The translations under genes and the position numbers were made by a program. A DNA stretch of 64,000 bases from Perkinsus olseni (lineage: Eukaryota): the NCBI GenBank assembly GCA_013115125.1, contig JABANN010000127.1, positions 1-64,000 on the forward strand, read 5' to 3'. The notes under the pieces were generated by a model, which worked only from the letters and a program-made list of their open reading frames with translations, was not told the DNA's origin and did not search any database. Position 1 is the first letter of the stretch, and every line of letters starts with the position of its first letter. Of the stretch, positions 24,101 to 36,245 are shown piece after piece.

Positions 24101-27100
24101 GGCAGCCCACCAGCACACCAGCAAAGGGAGTATTGACCAGCGACTAGAGGCCACACTGAGCCGCTTTCACCCCAGGAGTATCTTAACAACACTCGCGCAT
24201 TTGACGGAGTAGCAAGATACGCGCGAAGGGCGATACAAACTCACTTCCCTTCCACTTGAGTGGGCGAGCTCCTGCCGTCCCCTGGGAAGCCCGGTACCGA
24301 TATCCGCGCCGCAACAGGGCCCTCTATGGAATGGGCCGGCGGCGCTTCGACCCCTGGTACGCCCGATCTCGAGTACCATGCTTGATGTATTTCCGGGAAG
24401 TCGTTCCCAGCGTCGTACCATAGCGTGCTGCTGGCTATGGTCTCGAGTGTCAAAACGTACTCTCGCAGGACCCTGTCGTACAGATCTATGGCGCCGACTG
24501 AGCAGTCCTCGGTCGAGGAGACAATCACTCGGTCATCTCCCCGCAGCCCTACTCCACCGATTCCCTCAATGACGCAGGGAGCTCCGAACTTGCAGGTGAA
24601 CGACCCTCCAGTGATGGGTCCCACGACCCGAACCGAACCCACGGGAGCGAGGAAATTGACGCCGATCATTCTGGACTGGCAGTCCGAGGCTTCAGTTGCG
24701 CTGCACCAACAGAGACTGTACGTGCCCCCTTGAGCGAAGATAGGGCTGCCCCACTCGAACGACTGGGCCGGGTAGCCGCTGGCTTGATACAGCGGTAACG
24801 TAATCGCAGAGTTCGGGAAGCCTGGGACTCCCGGATAGTCTGCCTCTGTGGCTGGCTGCCAGTCGGAACATGCGCCAGGTAGTGCTGCTAGCCGGTCGTG
24901 AGGGCTCGTGCCGCTCAGGCCCGTGAGAGTAATGGAGCAGTTCCGGCCCGCTGTACAGTCATGGATCGTCGTATCTGAGGAGGGCATGGCTATTCCAGCC
25001 GGACTGAGGCGACCATCCAGGAAGGGAGAAAGACGCTCCCAGCAGGCCACGGTTCCCGCGCGATAGTGAGTCGAAAGACGAGGTTCGGGAAGGACGCTTT
25101 CTCGATCCACGCTTGAGGGACGACATTATCCCTCAGGCGGATACGGAAGCCGCTATGTCCTGATCGCACGGTCTTACCGTCTAGTCCTGACACACCGCGG
25201 ATGTAGAGTATTCCAACGTACAGTGAATAGTCTCTCATCAAGGTGCAGACGCCGCTGATCTAGAAACAGTGGCTCAAGAGTGATGGACCGGGTGCCAAGC
25301 AGTTCTATGGAAAGAACTTTTCGAGCGGGCATTACTGAAGGCTCGTCCGAGCACCAGCACAAGTCGTAAAGGCCGCCAGGTGCGGTCACTACCAGCTCTC
25401 CACGCTCCTCGCCCAACGACGCGGACTCGTACCTAAAGCTCGCTCGATCAACCCGAAGCCATAGGCATTCTGCTGGGGGGGGCTCACCATGTGAAGGTGG
25501 AGCCGTCGGTTGTCCTAGAGAAGCCTTCAAAGCCTTCAACGCCCTCAGAAGGGTTCTGACATGCCAGGTAGCTCGTGAAGAGACCAGCGTAGTACCTATG
25601 AGTACGGCAATGGGACTGGCCCGCTAGCTGGTACGCCCGAAAAATGATTTTCTTTGTGCCCGTCACAGAAGGCAAGTACTGATCGCCACCGATGAACTCC
25701 TACGGGCTCTCCTTTCCGTCATCACAGCTGCCCTCGTCTACATAGCACCATGGACCCTGGGGATCTTGCGTCTGAGAATAGCATACAAAACACATGAGCT
25801 GGTAGACCGCGAGAGAAACCGTTCGACAGACGCCAGTGCTGCACCATTAAAGTGGACTATTACTATTCCGGTGATGGGAGTCCCGAAGAGGGGGTCCGGC
25901 TTGAGCTCTGGGATGCACAGCGTTGCCGCTGAGCCGAGCTCAGGATCCCGCACACCGTTACATTCGCAGACCTGAGGAGAGCAGTGGCAAGGAACGCTCG
26001 ATGACGGCTTACGCGGCATTCGCTTCCGAAACTCCTGACGACCAGACCGTCACCAGGCTTGAGCCCGAAGCCTGTGAGGGCGGATACGGTGCAGCTGGTT
26101 CCAGCAGTGCACTCCACGGACTTCCACATAGGAGTTGGACCCTGAATATCACACGAGCTTGTCATACATAACATATTGAAGTTCGATTCACGACCCTTCA
26201 TGGAACTAGGACATCATTCTTTAGTCATTTCGCCTCGCCGAAGCCTTCTCCGCAAAGGCCAGTGCCCACACGGGCGAGCCACAGCAACGCCATCTCCCTG
26301 TTACCACTAGGAAGTTCAAGGTGACCTTGCTATCAACCGCGGCCATGCGCGAAAAACGCGATTTGGGGAATTTACGGTACGTATCTCCGGTCGCCGTTGA
26401 CCCTCACCTTAGTATGGACAGTCCTTCGACTGGCCCACATGTCCTCTTCCGGCATTGTAGCGATCAAATCGTCATCTTCATCCAGGATAGGATCAGCAGT
26501 GGCACAGTAGAGGTCGTGCAGTGTGCCTGCCAGAAATCACACGTCACTCCAGCCAGCGTACTTACTGTCCCCACCTGGACTCAGGTTGGGTAGCTTGAGG
26601 ATGGTCTGTCCGCCAGTGGGGAAGCTCACCAGGGCATTAACACCCTCGAGCTTCACTGTAGCGACCGAAGGGCTTTCCGGCCGAATTTGTAGATAATCGT
26701 AGCCTGACCGAGAGGGTGGGGTAAACACGGAAGGCTTCTCCGGTCATCGGAATCAAGGAGCAGTCCGCACCAATGAGCCTGGAGATTACCATCCTCAACA
26801 CCCTGGACAAAGTCCTCCTGCCGACTGGCCGCATCAATGACCCACGGCAAAGCTACGCACGATATGTTGGCGGCTCTGAAGGAAGGACATACTCTTCTAG
26901 GTAGCGTCCAACGGTGGTCCGGAGTGTACTACCGATCCACGTTGACGGTGAGATCTACGTACGTGAAGGTGTTGATGATACGTGCCATGCTCAGGGCGGG
27001 GTAAGGCACCCGGGTAGAATTGTCGGGCCTGCAAAAGTAATGATCACCACGCTCGGTCGAAGAAGACCCGATGAGATGAACACTCACATAGTGGCCTCCT

Positions 27101-29437
27101 CGCCGTCACAGTAGATCTCGAAGGTGCCGGTCCTGTCCACTGTGAAACGACTACCGTCAATCAGGTCTATCCTACTCGTCACGCGTGGGCTTGGCACCTA
27201 GCTTAGGCGATGAACGAGCCCGAGGCAGGGAGGTAGAACCCCTGGTTACGTTGGAGAATACTCCTTCTTCCCGTATCCTCGCCCTGCCGGGTACCCCACG
27301 GTCGGTCGAACCGGAGAGCGCGTCGATCGCAATGCACCACACGATTGCTGGAAAGAGAACCGTTCAAGCGCTTCGCTCGTCCGGAAGAGCATATCCTTAC
27401 CTGGCTCACTGACGGCAACCTCCGCGACAAGCTTGATTTCGTTGATCGTAGCGCGGAGCTCCTCCCTTGTGGAGAGCGACATTAGCAGGGATGCTGCTTC
27501 GTTCGCTGCTAGAGTTCGAACCTAGCCACATCAACACGATGCAGAAGCTCTCTGATTCATGTCGACCGTAAGTATCCGAGGTCGCCGCAAGGCAAGGTCC
27601 TTGCCGCAAGGAAGATGCTCACGGACGGCTTGAACGATCTGAAGATTGTACTAAGCCAGCTTACCTCGCGCCGAGTAGCCTCTACAGCCTCTGCAGGCGA
27701 CACACCACGACCACTAGTAGCAATAGTCATGCACCAGAAGGAGTAGAGAGTATCAGCTTCAAGACCTACTCACAGCAGTCAAGTAGCGGGGACTACGATA
27801 GACGGTAGACGCTACCGTCTTGAATGTCCACGGCGACATCCTCGAGAAGCTCTTCCTCAGAAGGCACGATCGTCGAGGAGATCCTGAACTCGGCCTCAGT
27901 CGGTTGCGTTGGTACCGCCCCAGTAGCTGGGTCGTGCGGTCTGTCCAGCAGCAACGGCAGTTGTACGCAGCGGAGCAGCGCTCAAAGCCCCCACCTGGCC
28001 ATGCAGTATGCCTTGCCGTCCAAGCTCAAGCGTATCGTGATGAAGATCCGAGACGCTGTGACGAAGCCGCCGCGTATGGTGACCACGGGGTAAGATTGGA
28101 TACCACAATTGAAGCAACCGGTCGTGATTATCTGAGAATAGGAGTCGTCAAAACTTCGCTCCGCCGGTCCCATACAGCCTCCCTACCCTCATCATGCGCG
28201 CTGCTATTTCCCCCTGTGTTGTGGTTGAACCGTCCGTCCCCCGAGCAGTGCAGTAAACCTCGTATTCTGTCCCCGCCGACATCCCGTCTTGAATGTCGAT
28301 CGTCTGCAGCTTCTCACGCACCACCCGCACCTCATGAAATATGACCGAAGTGGCGTCCAGAGCCGTCACCATCGACACCGAACCTGCAACGGCCTCTAGC
28401 AGCTGGCAGTTGGTTCGATTGACTTGTCCGATCAGCGCTGTCCCTTCAGCCCAGAAGGATATCCTCCCGCAATTAACGGCCGCCCTGCACCTTTGCCGAC
28501 ACTCCTCCATGTCAGCGGTCAACGTGAATTGGATGTGAGCTGATGACGCTGCAGGAATGTTGCTGCCGTGGTCCGAGGCAGTGTTCTCTACCCAGGACTC
28601 CTCAGTGACCTCGGTGACGTTGGTGAAGTAGTTCGCTCGTTCGATCTCTCTCGACGTGGGCGCTCTCATGCGGTACAGCAAGTTGATGGGCAGACAGTAG
28701 ATTCTCGCACCTATAGTGGTGACGTTTATCTCCAGTGTCAGCCAGCTCGACCCAGGTATGATATTTTGGATGCTGAATGCAGGGGCGAGGAGGGAAGCAT
28801 TCTGCCCGCTGCCGTCCATGCCTTCGGCGAAGTCCGCTGTGTTGACGGTGTATCGACAGTAGACGGTCCTGTTGGCGACCGGGTCCGCTGTCCATAGCCA
28901 TTCAGCGTTGACGGCAGCCCAAGCCTTATTCTGGTCTCTCCAAGGGCAGCAGCTGCCTCCCCCAGGATTCTCAACCGCAGATGGCCAAGTGGTGTCATTG
29001 AAGTCCTGCGCGGTCCATGACTGGAGTGCTTCGCTCGTGCAACGCCAGTGCTTGGCGCTGCTGACGATAAAATTAGGCATGGCCAGGATCCATCCGCCGT
29101 AACTCGGGTAGGTGACCGTCCGGTGACCGGAGTCGACCTCGACGCCTTCAGTTGGCTTTGTATTAGTCGCTCGCACAGCGACCACGTCACCGTCCACCAG
29201 CTCCGATGCGAGACGGAAAACTTGCACGCCCGAGTTGACATCCTGTATTTCGTAGTTGGTGTTCATGGCGAAGACGTCAAGGGTTTGGTCTAGCGGGGCC
29301 TGGTTGCCGTTGATGTAGAGATCGATGGTCGAGTCCCCCTCGGCAAAAGCCCTGAGGGGGACTGTGACTTGTTGTAGGGAAAGTCTGGTAAGATGCGCTA
29401 ACAAAGACGCTATGAGAAAATGACTATTATGATGCAT
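21154..29437 (-). CDS. Large multi-exon type I membrane protein: signal peptide, lectin-like beta-sandwich, PAN/apple-like, Fn3-like domains, >=5 G-x-Y-x-LCWC repeats, one TM, cytoplasmic tail
   Basis: Same-strand exons across the span; WRCTSEALQSWTAQDFNDTTWPSA...AEWLW...VYCRY; MEECRQRCRAAVNC; TEYEVYC and DTLYSFWC; LCWC-like at ~25360, 24710, 24120, 23600, 22980; TM PIILTAVAALLPLLVLFCLC ~22130-22180. Treating it as one gene is inferred. Confidence 0.65.
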
Positions 29438-29865
29438 AAGCAGAATGGAGGAACATAAAAAAACAACTACAGTGAGGATCTGAATATCGTGTGTAAGTTA
29501 ATGTGAAATAGTTGGCGAGTACTACATGGCAGAGTGACTGCACACAATCAAGGAGGAATCTGCGACCACTGGCTGTGTGTGGCTACTCTATCCTTTTCTA
29601 AACGTGTTCGAGACTATTGAGCTTTCAAGTAGCCAACCAAAGGCCCAGACCGGCCACCTAGCAACCGTAATGATGACCGATAAAAATATGGCGTCACGAT
29701 AGGGGACCAAAAAGGGCTCTGGGCCGCTCCTGTCGATCTGCACGGGCCGAGTTTCTCTTAATTCGCACGTCTGTGCAACAAACCCTTCCATCATTGTCGT
29801 TAACGCCATGCCCAAGGAACAGTAGTCTGACAATACGACGCTGCATGAACGAACCATGACACATG

Positions 29866-31308
29866 TCACAGCTCCTCTTCATTTGAATTCTCATCTAACC
29901 CAGACCGGGTTCGACCAGAAGCATAGATCTTTTCGAACAGCTTGGCGGCAGCTGCAGCCCGTACACGGAAGCCTCGCGTACCTGGCTCGGCTTGGTCACC
30001 AAGAGCTAGGTCGGCCACGCGCCTTCTGGTCACGATAACATGCCACTGCCACAAAGCATCATGAAGCTCCTCCGTAGTAGCCAGGCCGTCACCATCACCA
30101 TCCCAGTACGCGATACAGTCTTCTGCTCGCAACACCAGCAACGACTCGATCGCCTCCTCACCGAGACTAGCCCCTTTGCTGAAGGCGAGCCTAGCGTCGG
30201 GATTGTGCTTCGGGTCACGGAAGCGCTGTGCCAATGGGTCTGTCCTCAACCAGATGAGAACTTCGTCCGAGTCCAATTGCCTGTCGCCGTTTCGGTCGAC
30301 CGATACCAAAATCCTCTCAGCTATTTCACCAGCCACTACCCCACCGTCGAGCTTCTCGTCTGTCCACATGCCCCCCAGACCGAGGGCGACAGTGTCAGCC
30401 CAACGGTCCCACAGACAGTCACCGAACTCAGTAGACAGCGACAACCGCGGCAAAAGATTCCTTATGTAGCGAGCTGACATCGGTATCGGGACATTGAACG
30501 TGACACTGGTCGTGCACTCACTCTCGGAGACGCTCAAGGTCTCGTGCATCATGCCCGGCGGGAACAGGATTCCTTCCCCTGGCCCTAGAGTGTACTCGTA
30601 GTCAGGCTCGAACGACCTGCTAGGGTCCCTGCTGATACCACCGTCGAACTCGTCGAACATCTCAGCGATAGAATCGACCCTGGGCATTGTCATCAGCTTC
30701 CATCGTTTGAAGCCGCTCAGCTGTACGGACATGACGTTAACACAGTAGGCGTCGTTGTGTGCCAGTGTCCCCGCTCGAGCCGGCTGCAGCCAGAACTCCA
30801 TACTATCAGCAACGTGTTCTTCAAGAGCTGGGTGTCGCTCCTGCAACCAAGGGAGATGCTCCATGGCCACGCCAAGTGGAAAGAGAAGACGCTGGACAGA
30901 CTCCTTCATCTCACTAGCGACGCGGTCCTTAACATGCCAGACGTAAGGCGCCGACGTTGCCTGGTCCCCAATGCGTGTCGGTCTCTTCTCGGCCCAGTCG
31001 GGCTCCCCTAAGGCCACCCTTTTGTCGTGGGTCTGATATTGCTTGGACATCTTCCCATCGGGCCACCTCGCGGCGAAGTCGCGGCAACTTTCGTTGACCA
31101 ATGCCCAGCCGAGGCCGGCTGTTCTAAACACTGCTGGCTGACCGTTCCTCACCAGGTCAAAGAAGTCCTCAACAGACACCTCGTCGCTGAACACTGGCAA
31201 GTCCCTCGCAAGAAAGTCTCGCGGCTGCACTTCGGTGAACGGGTCTGCCGGCAAGTGCCCTCGACAAGTCACTTGAACAAGCAGAGCAATAGCAAAGACG
31301 AGGATCAT
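29866..31308 (-). CDS. Secretory JmjC/cupin 2OG-Fe(II) oxygenase with C-terminal EF-hands and EEEL tail, intronless
   Basis: Signal peptide MILVFAIALLVQVTC; AHND...GFKRWKL...LGPGEGILFPPGMMHET (HxD...H); DRNGDRQLDSDE and DGDGDGLATTEE; ends NEEEL. Confidence 0.85.
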   Translation of the reverse strand: MILVFAIALLVQVTCRGHLPADPFTEVQPRDFLARDLPVFSDEVSVEDFFDLVRNGQPAVFRTAGLGWALVNESCRDFAARWPDGKMSKQYQTHDKRVALGEPDWAEKRPTRIGDQATSAPYVWHVKDRVASEMKESVQRLLFPLGVAMEHLPWLQERHPALEEHVADSMEFWLQPARAGTLAHNDAYCVNVMSVQLSGFKRWKLMTMPRVDSIAEMFDEFDGGISRDPSRSFEPDYEYTLGPGEGILFPPGMMHETLSVSESECTTSVTFNVPIPMSARYIRNLLPRLSLSTEFGDCLWDRWADTVALGLGGMWTDEKLDGGVVAGEIAERILVSVDRNGDRQLDSDEVLIWLRTDPLAQRFRDPKHNPDARLAFSKGASLGEEAIESLLVLRAEDCIAYWDGDGDGLATTEELHDALWQWHVIVTRRRVADLALGDQAEPGTRGFRVRAAAAAKLFEKIYASGRTRSGLDENSNEEEL

Positions 31309-31433
31309 GGTCAAGCTGCTCGAGGAGACTTCCAATTCAAAATATGCCAGTCGGAACGCGAGACTCTCTCAGGCAAGCACACTAGATCGACGCCATGCTA
31401 CAGCATCAGCTCGGTTAGCATGAACACCTCTCC

Positions 31434-31971
31434 TCATATCTTGCACCCGTATACTGTTACTATACCTAACCCGCAGCACACCATGATACCCGAGGGAATG
31501 AGGTGGGGCCCTCACAATCAAGAGTATCTTTCCCAACCTGAACACACGTGAGCCCGTCCGTCTTGAGGTCCCACCAACAGGTGGCTGCTGTACTCAGCGG
31601 TGCCCCATTCTTTTGCATGATAACGCACGTCACTGACCAGAAAGCACTGCGGCGACCCGAGGATTTCACCAAGGCCAATACCAACGTATTTGAAGGGCTT
31701 ATTCAGCTTGGCAAGCTCCTTGAGACACGAGTCCAGCAGCTGATTGCACCTGCCAACAGTCAACTCGGCAGGACGCCCCCCAGACGTTCCAGCAGCTACC
31801 AGTGGTTGACCTTCTCCTTCGAGTAGACGGCGTTCTGGAGGGTTTGGTTCATGGCATGCTTCACGATCTCCTGCACATTCTCGGACACGTACTCGTCCTG
31901 TCAAGAAACGACGACTTCCCCTATGAAGCCGACGCCCCCGCTAAGCTCACATCTCCTTCCTCGTCAGCCAT
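31434..31971 (-). CDS. DYNLT: Dynein light chain, Tctex-1 family
   Basis: Spliced: YSKEKVNHW/CNQLLDSCLKELAKLNKPFKYV/VTCVIMQKNGAPLSTAATCWWDLKTDG...CIVTVYG. Confidence 0.92.
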
Positions 31972-32195
31972 GGTAGTCTCACTTGAAGATAAAGTCTCGA
32001 AAAGAGAGTACTAAGCGACGCCTTACGCGGATATTAACAACCCAACAGTAACCGAGTGGACTCTCGAGACAGCTCCAAGTGCCAAACATCAGCAGCAGCA
32101 GCGCAAGAGAGCGTCCATAGTTAACAATGCACACACCGCGACTTTAACAAGTCCTACATAGAAACAAAGAGGAGCCCTCATCGGCAGCATCGCCT

Positions 32196-33872
32196 TCAGA
32201 TTTTAGCGGTGAGCTCCGGGACGATCTTATAGAGGTCGCCAACCAAGCCATAGTCCGCAACCTGACATCAGCAACAGTATAATCCGCCGTCGGCCAACGA
32301 AGAACCCACTTGAAAAATCGGAGCCTCGGCGTCCTTATTGATAGCCACTATGCACTTGGAGTCCTTGATCCCAGCCGTGTGCTGGATTGCACCAGAGATG
32401 CCAATGGCTATGTAACTGGGTGTAGACAAAGTTACGAGAAACCACTGGTGAAGCACTGTAGACTTACAGCTGAGGTGCGACCACTTTCCCTGTCTGGCCG
32501 ATCTGCAAGTCGTTGGAGCAGTAGCCGGCATCCACTGCAGCGCGTGTAGCACCCACTGAGAAAAGAGGGCCGTTCTTACCAAGCCAGTGCTAGTAGCCTC
32601 CATCGTACATGCAGCTCCAAGTTTATCCGCCAGAGGGTCCAGCACACTGTCGAAGGTCTCCTTGTTCTTCAGTGCACGGCCACCTGACAGGGATGCAGGT
32701 GACGCCTACTCGGCCCCTGGGAGTGGATATATTACCAGCCACGACTATCGGCGCGGTCTGGAGCATGGGCTTCTCTGTGGACTTGTCGGCCTCGCTGATG
32801 AATTCCTGAGCGCAAACCCCGGCCGTCACAGGCGCGCCTTGAGTTGTCACAACCAGGCATTACAATGCTAGAGCTCTTGGTATCAATCTCCTCTTTAACG
32901 ATCTCCGCGGCAGCTCCGCCTTGAGGGACCTCCGAAGGCTCAAAGGCTGTAGGGCGGAACACCAGCACCTAAGCAGGATTCTCGCTAGCCTATTTATCCC
33001 TCATTATACTATGAAGATATAACATAATTCAATAGCAAGGTGCAGATTGGATATTAGGATAATATGAAGACAGCCACTGGCCACGGCGACAGCATAGCCC
33101 ACTACCTTAACAGGGTCTGACGACTTCACTGTGGCGATAACATTACCGGCATACATAGGCCTCTTAAAGGTGTCGTTTGAGACAACCTTGACGACCTAAT
33201 GGGCGGTTCCACAGAATACACCCAAGAAACTCAAGCTTACATCAGTGATGGGCTGTGCGTCTAACATGGCCGCTGCTCGCGGTATTGAGTCCCTGATAAC
33301 GCTGCTGTTACCTAGGGCCAACAAAAGAACTCTCGAGACATCAAGCAAGAAGAGACAAAGTACCGGCGACGATATAGGAAGCTCCCATCTCCTTTGAAAG
33401 CTTCACGACAGCATTTGCAAAAGTATCAGCCGCCGGATGCTCCAAAGCGGCATCACCAGGGTTACAGTGGTACACCTGAAGCATGTATGGTCAGAGGTCC
33501 CTCGCAATACCGCTTACCTTCTTGACACCAGGCAGTCGAGCTGCTTCTTCAGCAGCCTCTCGCGGACCTACAGGGAGCCCATGCATCGAAGTGATACCTC
33601 CTCACCGCCCTACCTCCGGCCAGCATAACAGAAAAATCTTTATCGAGTTGGCTAGCTGCTGCAGCGGCACAGAGGGAGGACTGAAAAGAACATCACCAAA
33701 TATCGTAAGTAGCGATAGAGTTCATCGGGCTCACCTTTTCCAGCTTTCCTCCTCTCTGTTCAGCAACAAGTAGGGTAGAAAACAGTCTCCTGAGAGTCGG
33801 TGACCCGCAGACACCGCGAGCTATCGTGCTCGCCCCCACTGCACTAGATGCTCTAGCAGCTGATGACAACAT
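32196..33872 (-). CDS. ETFA: Electron transfer flavoprotein alpha subunit, mitochondrial
   Basis: Transit-like [10 protein letters not shown]...[66 protein letters not shown]. Confidence 0.95.
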
Positions 33873-33999
33873 ACTTCACGCGTACAAACTTGATAAAAAA
33901 TATCCTGCCCAGAAATAGTTCCACTCCTTTCCCAACAAACACTACTCACAACGATCTCGACAACAGCCGAATAATCACCATGATCAGATTCACTAACGC

Positions 34000-35800
34000 A
34001 GTGTATCCAACCGGGCAACGTGGGTATCCTCGAAGCATGGGGGTTAACGATGAGCTCCTGTCCTACGTCCCCGACTCTTGGGGCTGATTCATCTCGGTCT
34101 GTTCGCCATCCCCAAAGCCTCTGTTCCCTCGATCAGACTTTGTACGGCCCAGCACGCTCCGTACAGATCGCTCCAACGCTGCCACGTCAGCTTTAGCTTT
34201 CTCAATAACCTGTTATACACTGCGGCCCTCCTTGCTGAAGCACTTCACTACCTCCTCGCTTGCTCGGCCGAGACCAAAGGACATATCCCGGCAGACAGTA
34301 ACCTGGCCATAACTCAGCAATAATCGACGGCCTCTAGGAATAGCTAACCCACCTTAGAACCGTCTATCCGTATAGCAGTCCCCGTCGGGTCGAGTACAGA
34401 CACCCCTCCAATAGAATGCTTGGCGATGAACTTCCCATACCGCTCCTTGTCAGCCACTCCAGAGACGTTCCTTTGGAACTCCGCTTCCAAAGCCTTTCGC
34501 TGAGAGCGAACTATCGCCGTACACCCAGACCCCGGTACACACCTGAGCTCGATCGGCAACTTCGGCTGCCTTCATCTTCGCCTCGTATTGCATTTTCCGC
34601 TTCAATGCTTCATCTGACGGCCATTCGCAACCATACACCAATAGCAGGGCCGCTGACGTGGTTCACCTCGCATCTGTCGGAGCTCCACAGCTCTTCGCTG
34701 ATTCTTTGCCTTCGTCTCCTCCAACTGGCGGCTCCGGAATACTTCATATCTGTCAGATACCAGCAACAAACTAAGATACTATCAGACTGGGGCTTACGGA
34801 TTGAGACCCTGCTCAAGAAGTTCCTTTTTCTCCGCTTCGAATTTGGTCAGCCTCTCTAGCTCTTCAGCATTTCTTCGGCTACTACCACGCTTGACACGCT
34901 CCTCGCTCAACAACAAGGAGTCCCTCAGACGCAGGACCCGAGCTTCAGCCTGCTCCTTCATCTGACACATCGCCAGAGTTCAACGAGGGGCGGCGTACCG
35001 CTAGCAAGTACCCGCTGCCTCATTTCGTCGTCCTCGGCGTTCCTCGCCTTAAGGATTTGCTGTGTGGCAAAGAGCCTTCTCCTAGCGGCCAACTGAGCCT
35101 CCCTCGCTCGCGCGGCCGAAGTACGCTGGACGAGGCGAATGCGGGGAACAGCAGGTCCTGGAGCATTACCTCCCGATCCTCTTCGACTGCGCGTTGAGTA
35201 TCAACTTCATCTAGCCGCGCCCGCTCTCGCTGGACATCTCGACGAGCTCTCCTCACTTCCCTCTGAAATACAGCAGATTGCCACCGTCAAAACAGGGAAG
35301 ATAATTCCATCAAGTCTAATACTTGCAGTAGCTTCGTCGCTGTCGCGTCGTCCTCCTCTTTGCTAGACCTTAGCCGCTGCAGCGACCCCAACGCTGAAGC
35401 CTCCAACCGATGGGCTTCCAACAACACCAAATCTCGAATCCCCTCCTAAGAACGCGAAGGCCCTCGCCAGCCATGCCATCCGCAACAAGTGTCACTACCC
35501 GCTCAGTCAGGAGCCTCCACGCAGCTTGTACGCGGTCCTGCTGCTCCTTCACTTCCCGAGGCTTCGCGCCCTTACTTCTACGCAGCCTACCAAGCCTGGA
35601 CTCTTCTATCTGAACAATCGGCTTCGACAACCACGAGCCAACGACGCGTCCGACCTACTTGAAGAATCTTCTGTGCTTCTTCTGCCTTCATAGACTTTTC
35701 TCTGGCAACGTAACGAACACTTTCCAGTTCCCGTAGAGCAATACGATCCTTCTTGCTTCCGTCTGAAAAAAGAGGAAAGTGTGGTATGGCAGCCTGTTAG
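34000..35800 (-). CDS. Hypothetical coiled-coil protein (multi-exon), possibly axonemal (CFAP74 N-terminus-like, tentative)
   Basis: Charged helical exons; KKELLEQGLNP/YEVFR and KHSIGGVSVLDPTG segments; ends approximate; family resemblance is from memory only. Confidence 0.4.
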
Positions 35801-36245
35801 AGCACCGGAAAGCCCCCGGTAGAAACGACACCGGACCGCTGGATTGTCCACACCGGCGCGAGACAATAGCTCTGCCGCAGCAGCTCAGCTACGATAATCG
35901 AGTACTTACTTCGGTCCATCATTTCCCCGCTCGCTCTGCTACAGTTCGACCGCGGCAAGTCGTGGTTGCCTAACCCCGCTTCGAGACTTGAGGCGGGACC
36001 CAGAAAGCCATCAGCCTTCGGTCCACATTGCATGAATTTCCACTGCACAGAGTAGTCTCTCTAGCGGGAGAGAACCAGAAAAACCAGAAGCCCGAGCGGA
36101 AAACAAGAAACGCCCACCCTAGGGACTCAAGAGCCATCCCAACAAGCATGGCCAGGACAGGCGAAGAAACGGACATCACTGTAACAGGTTCAATGGACAG
36201 TGGTAAGAACAATGAGTTTACGTAACGAGTTATTCTCGAGAACGA

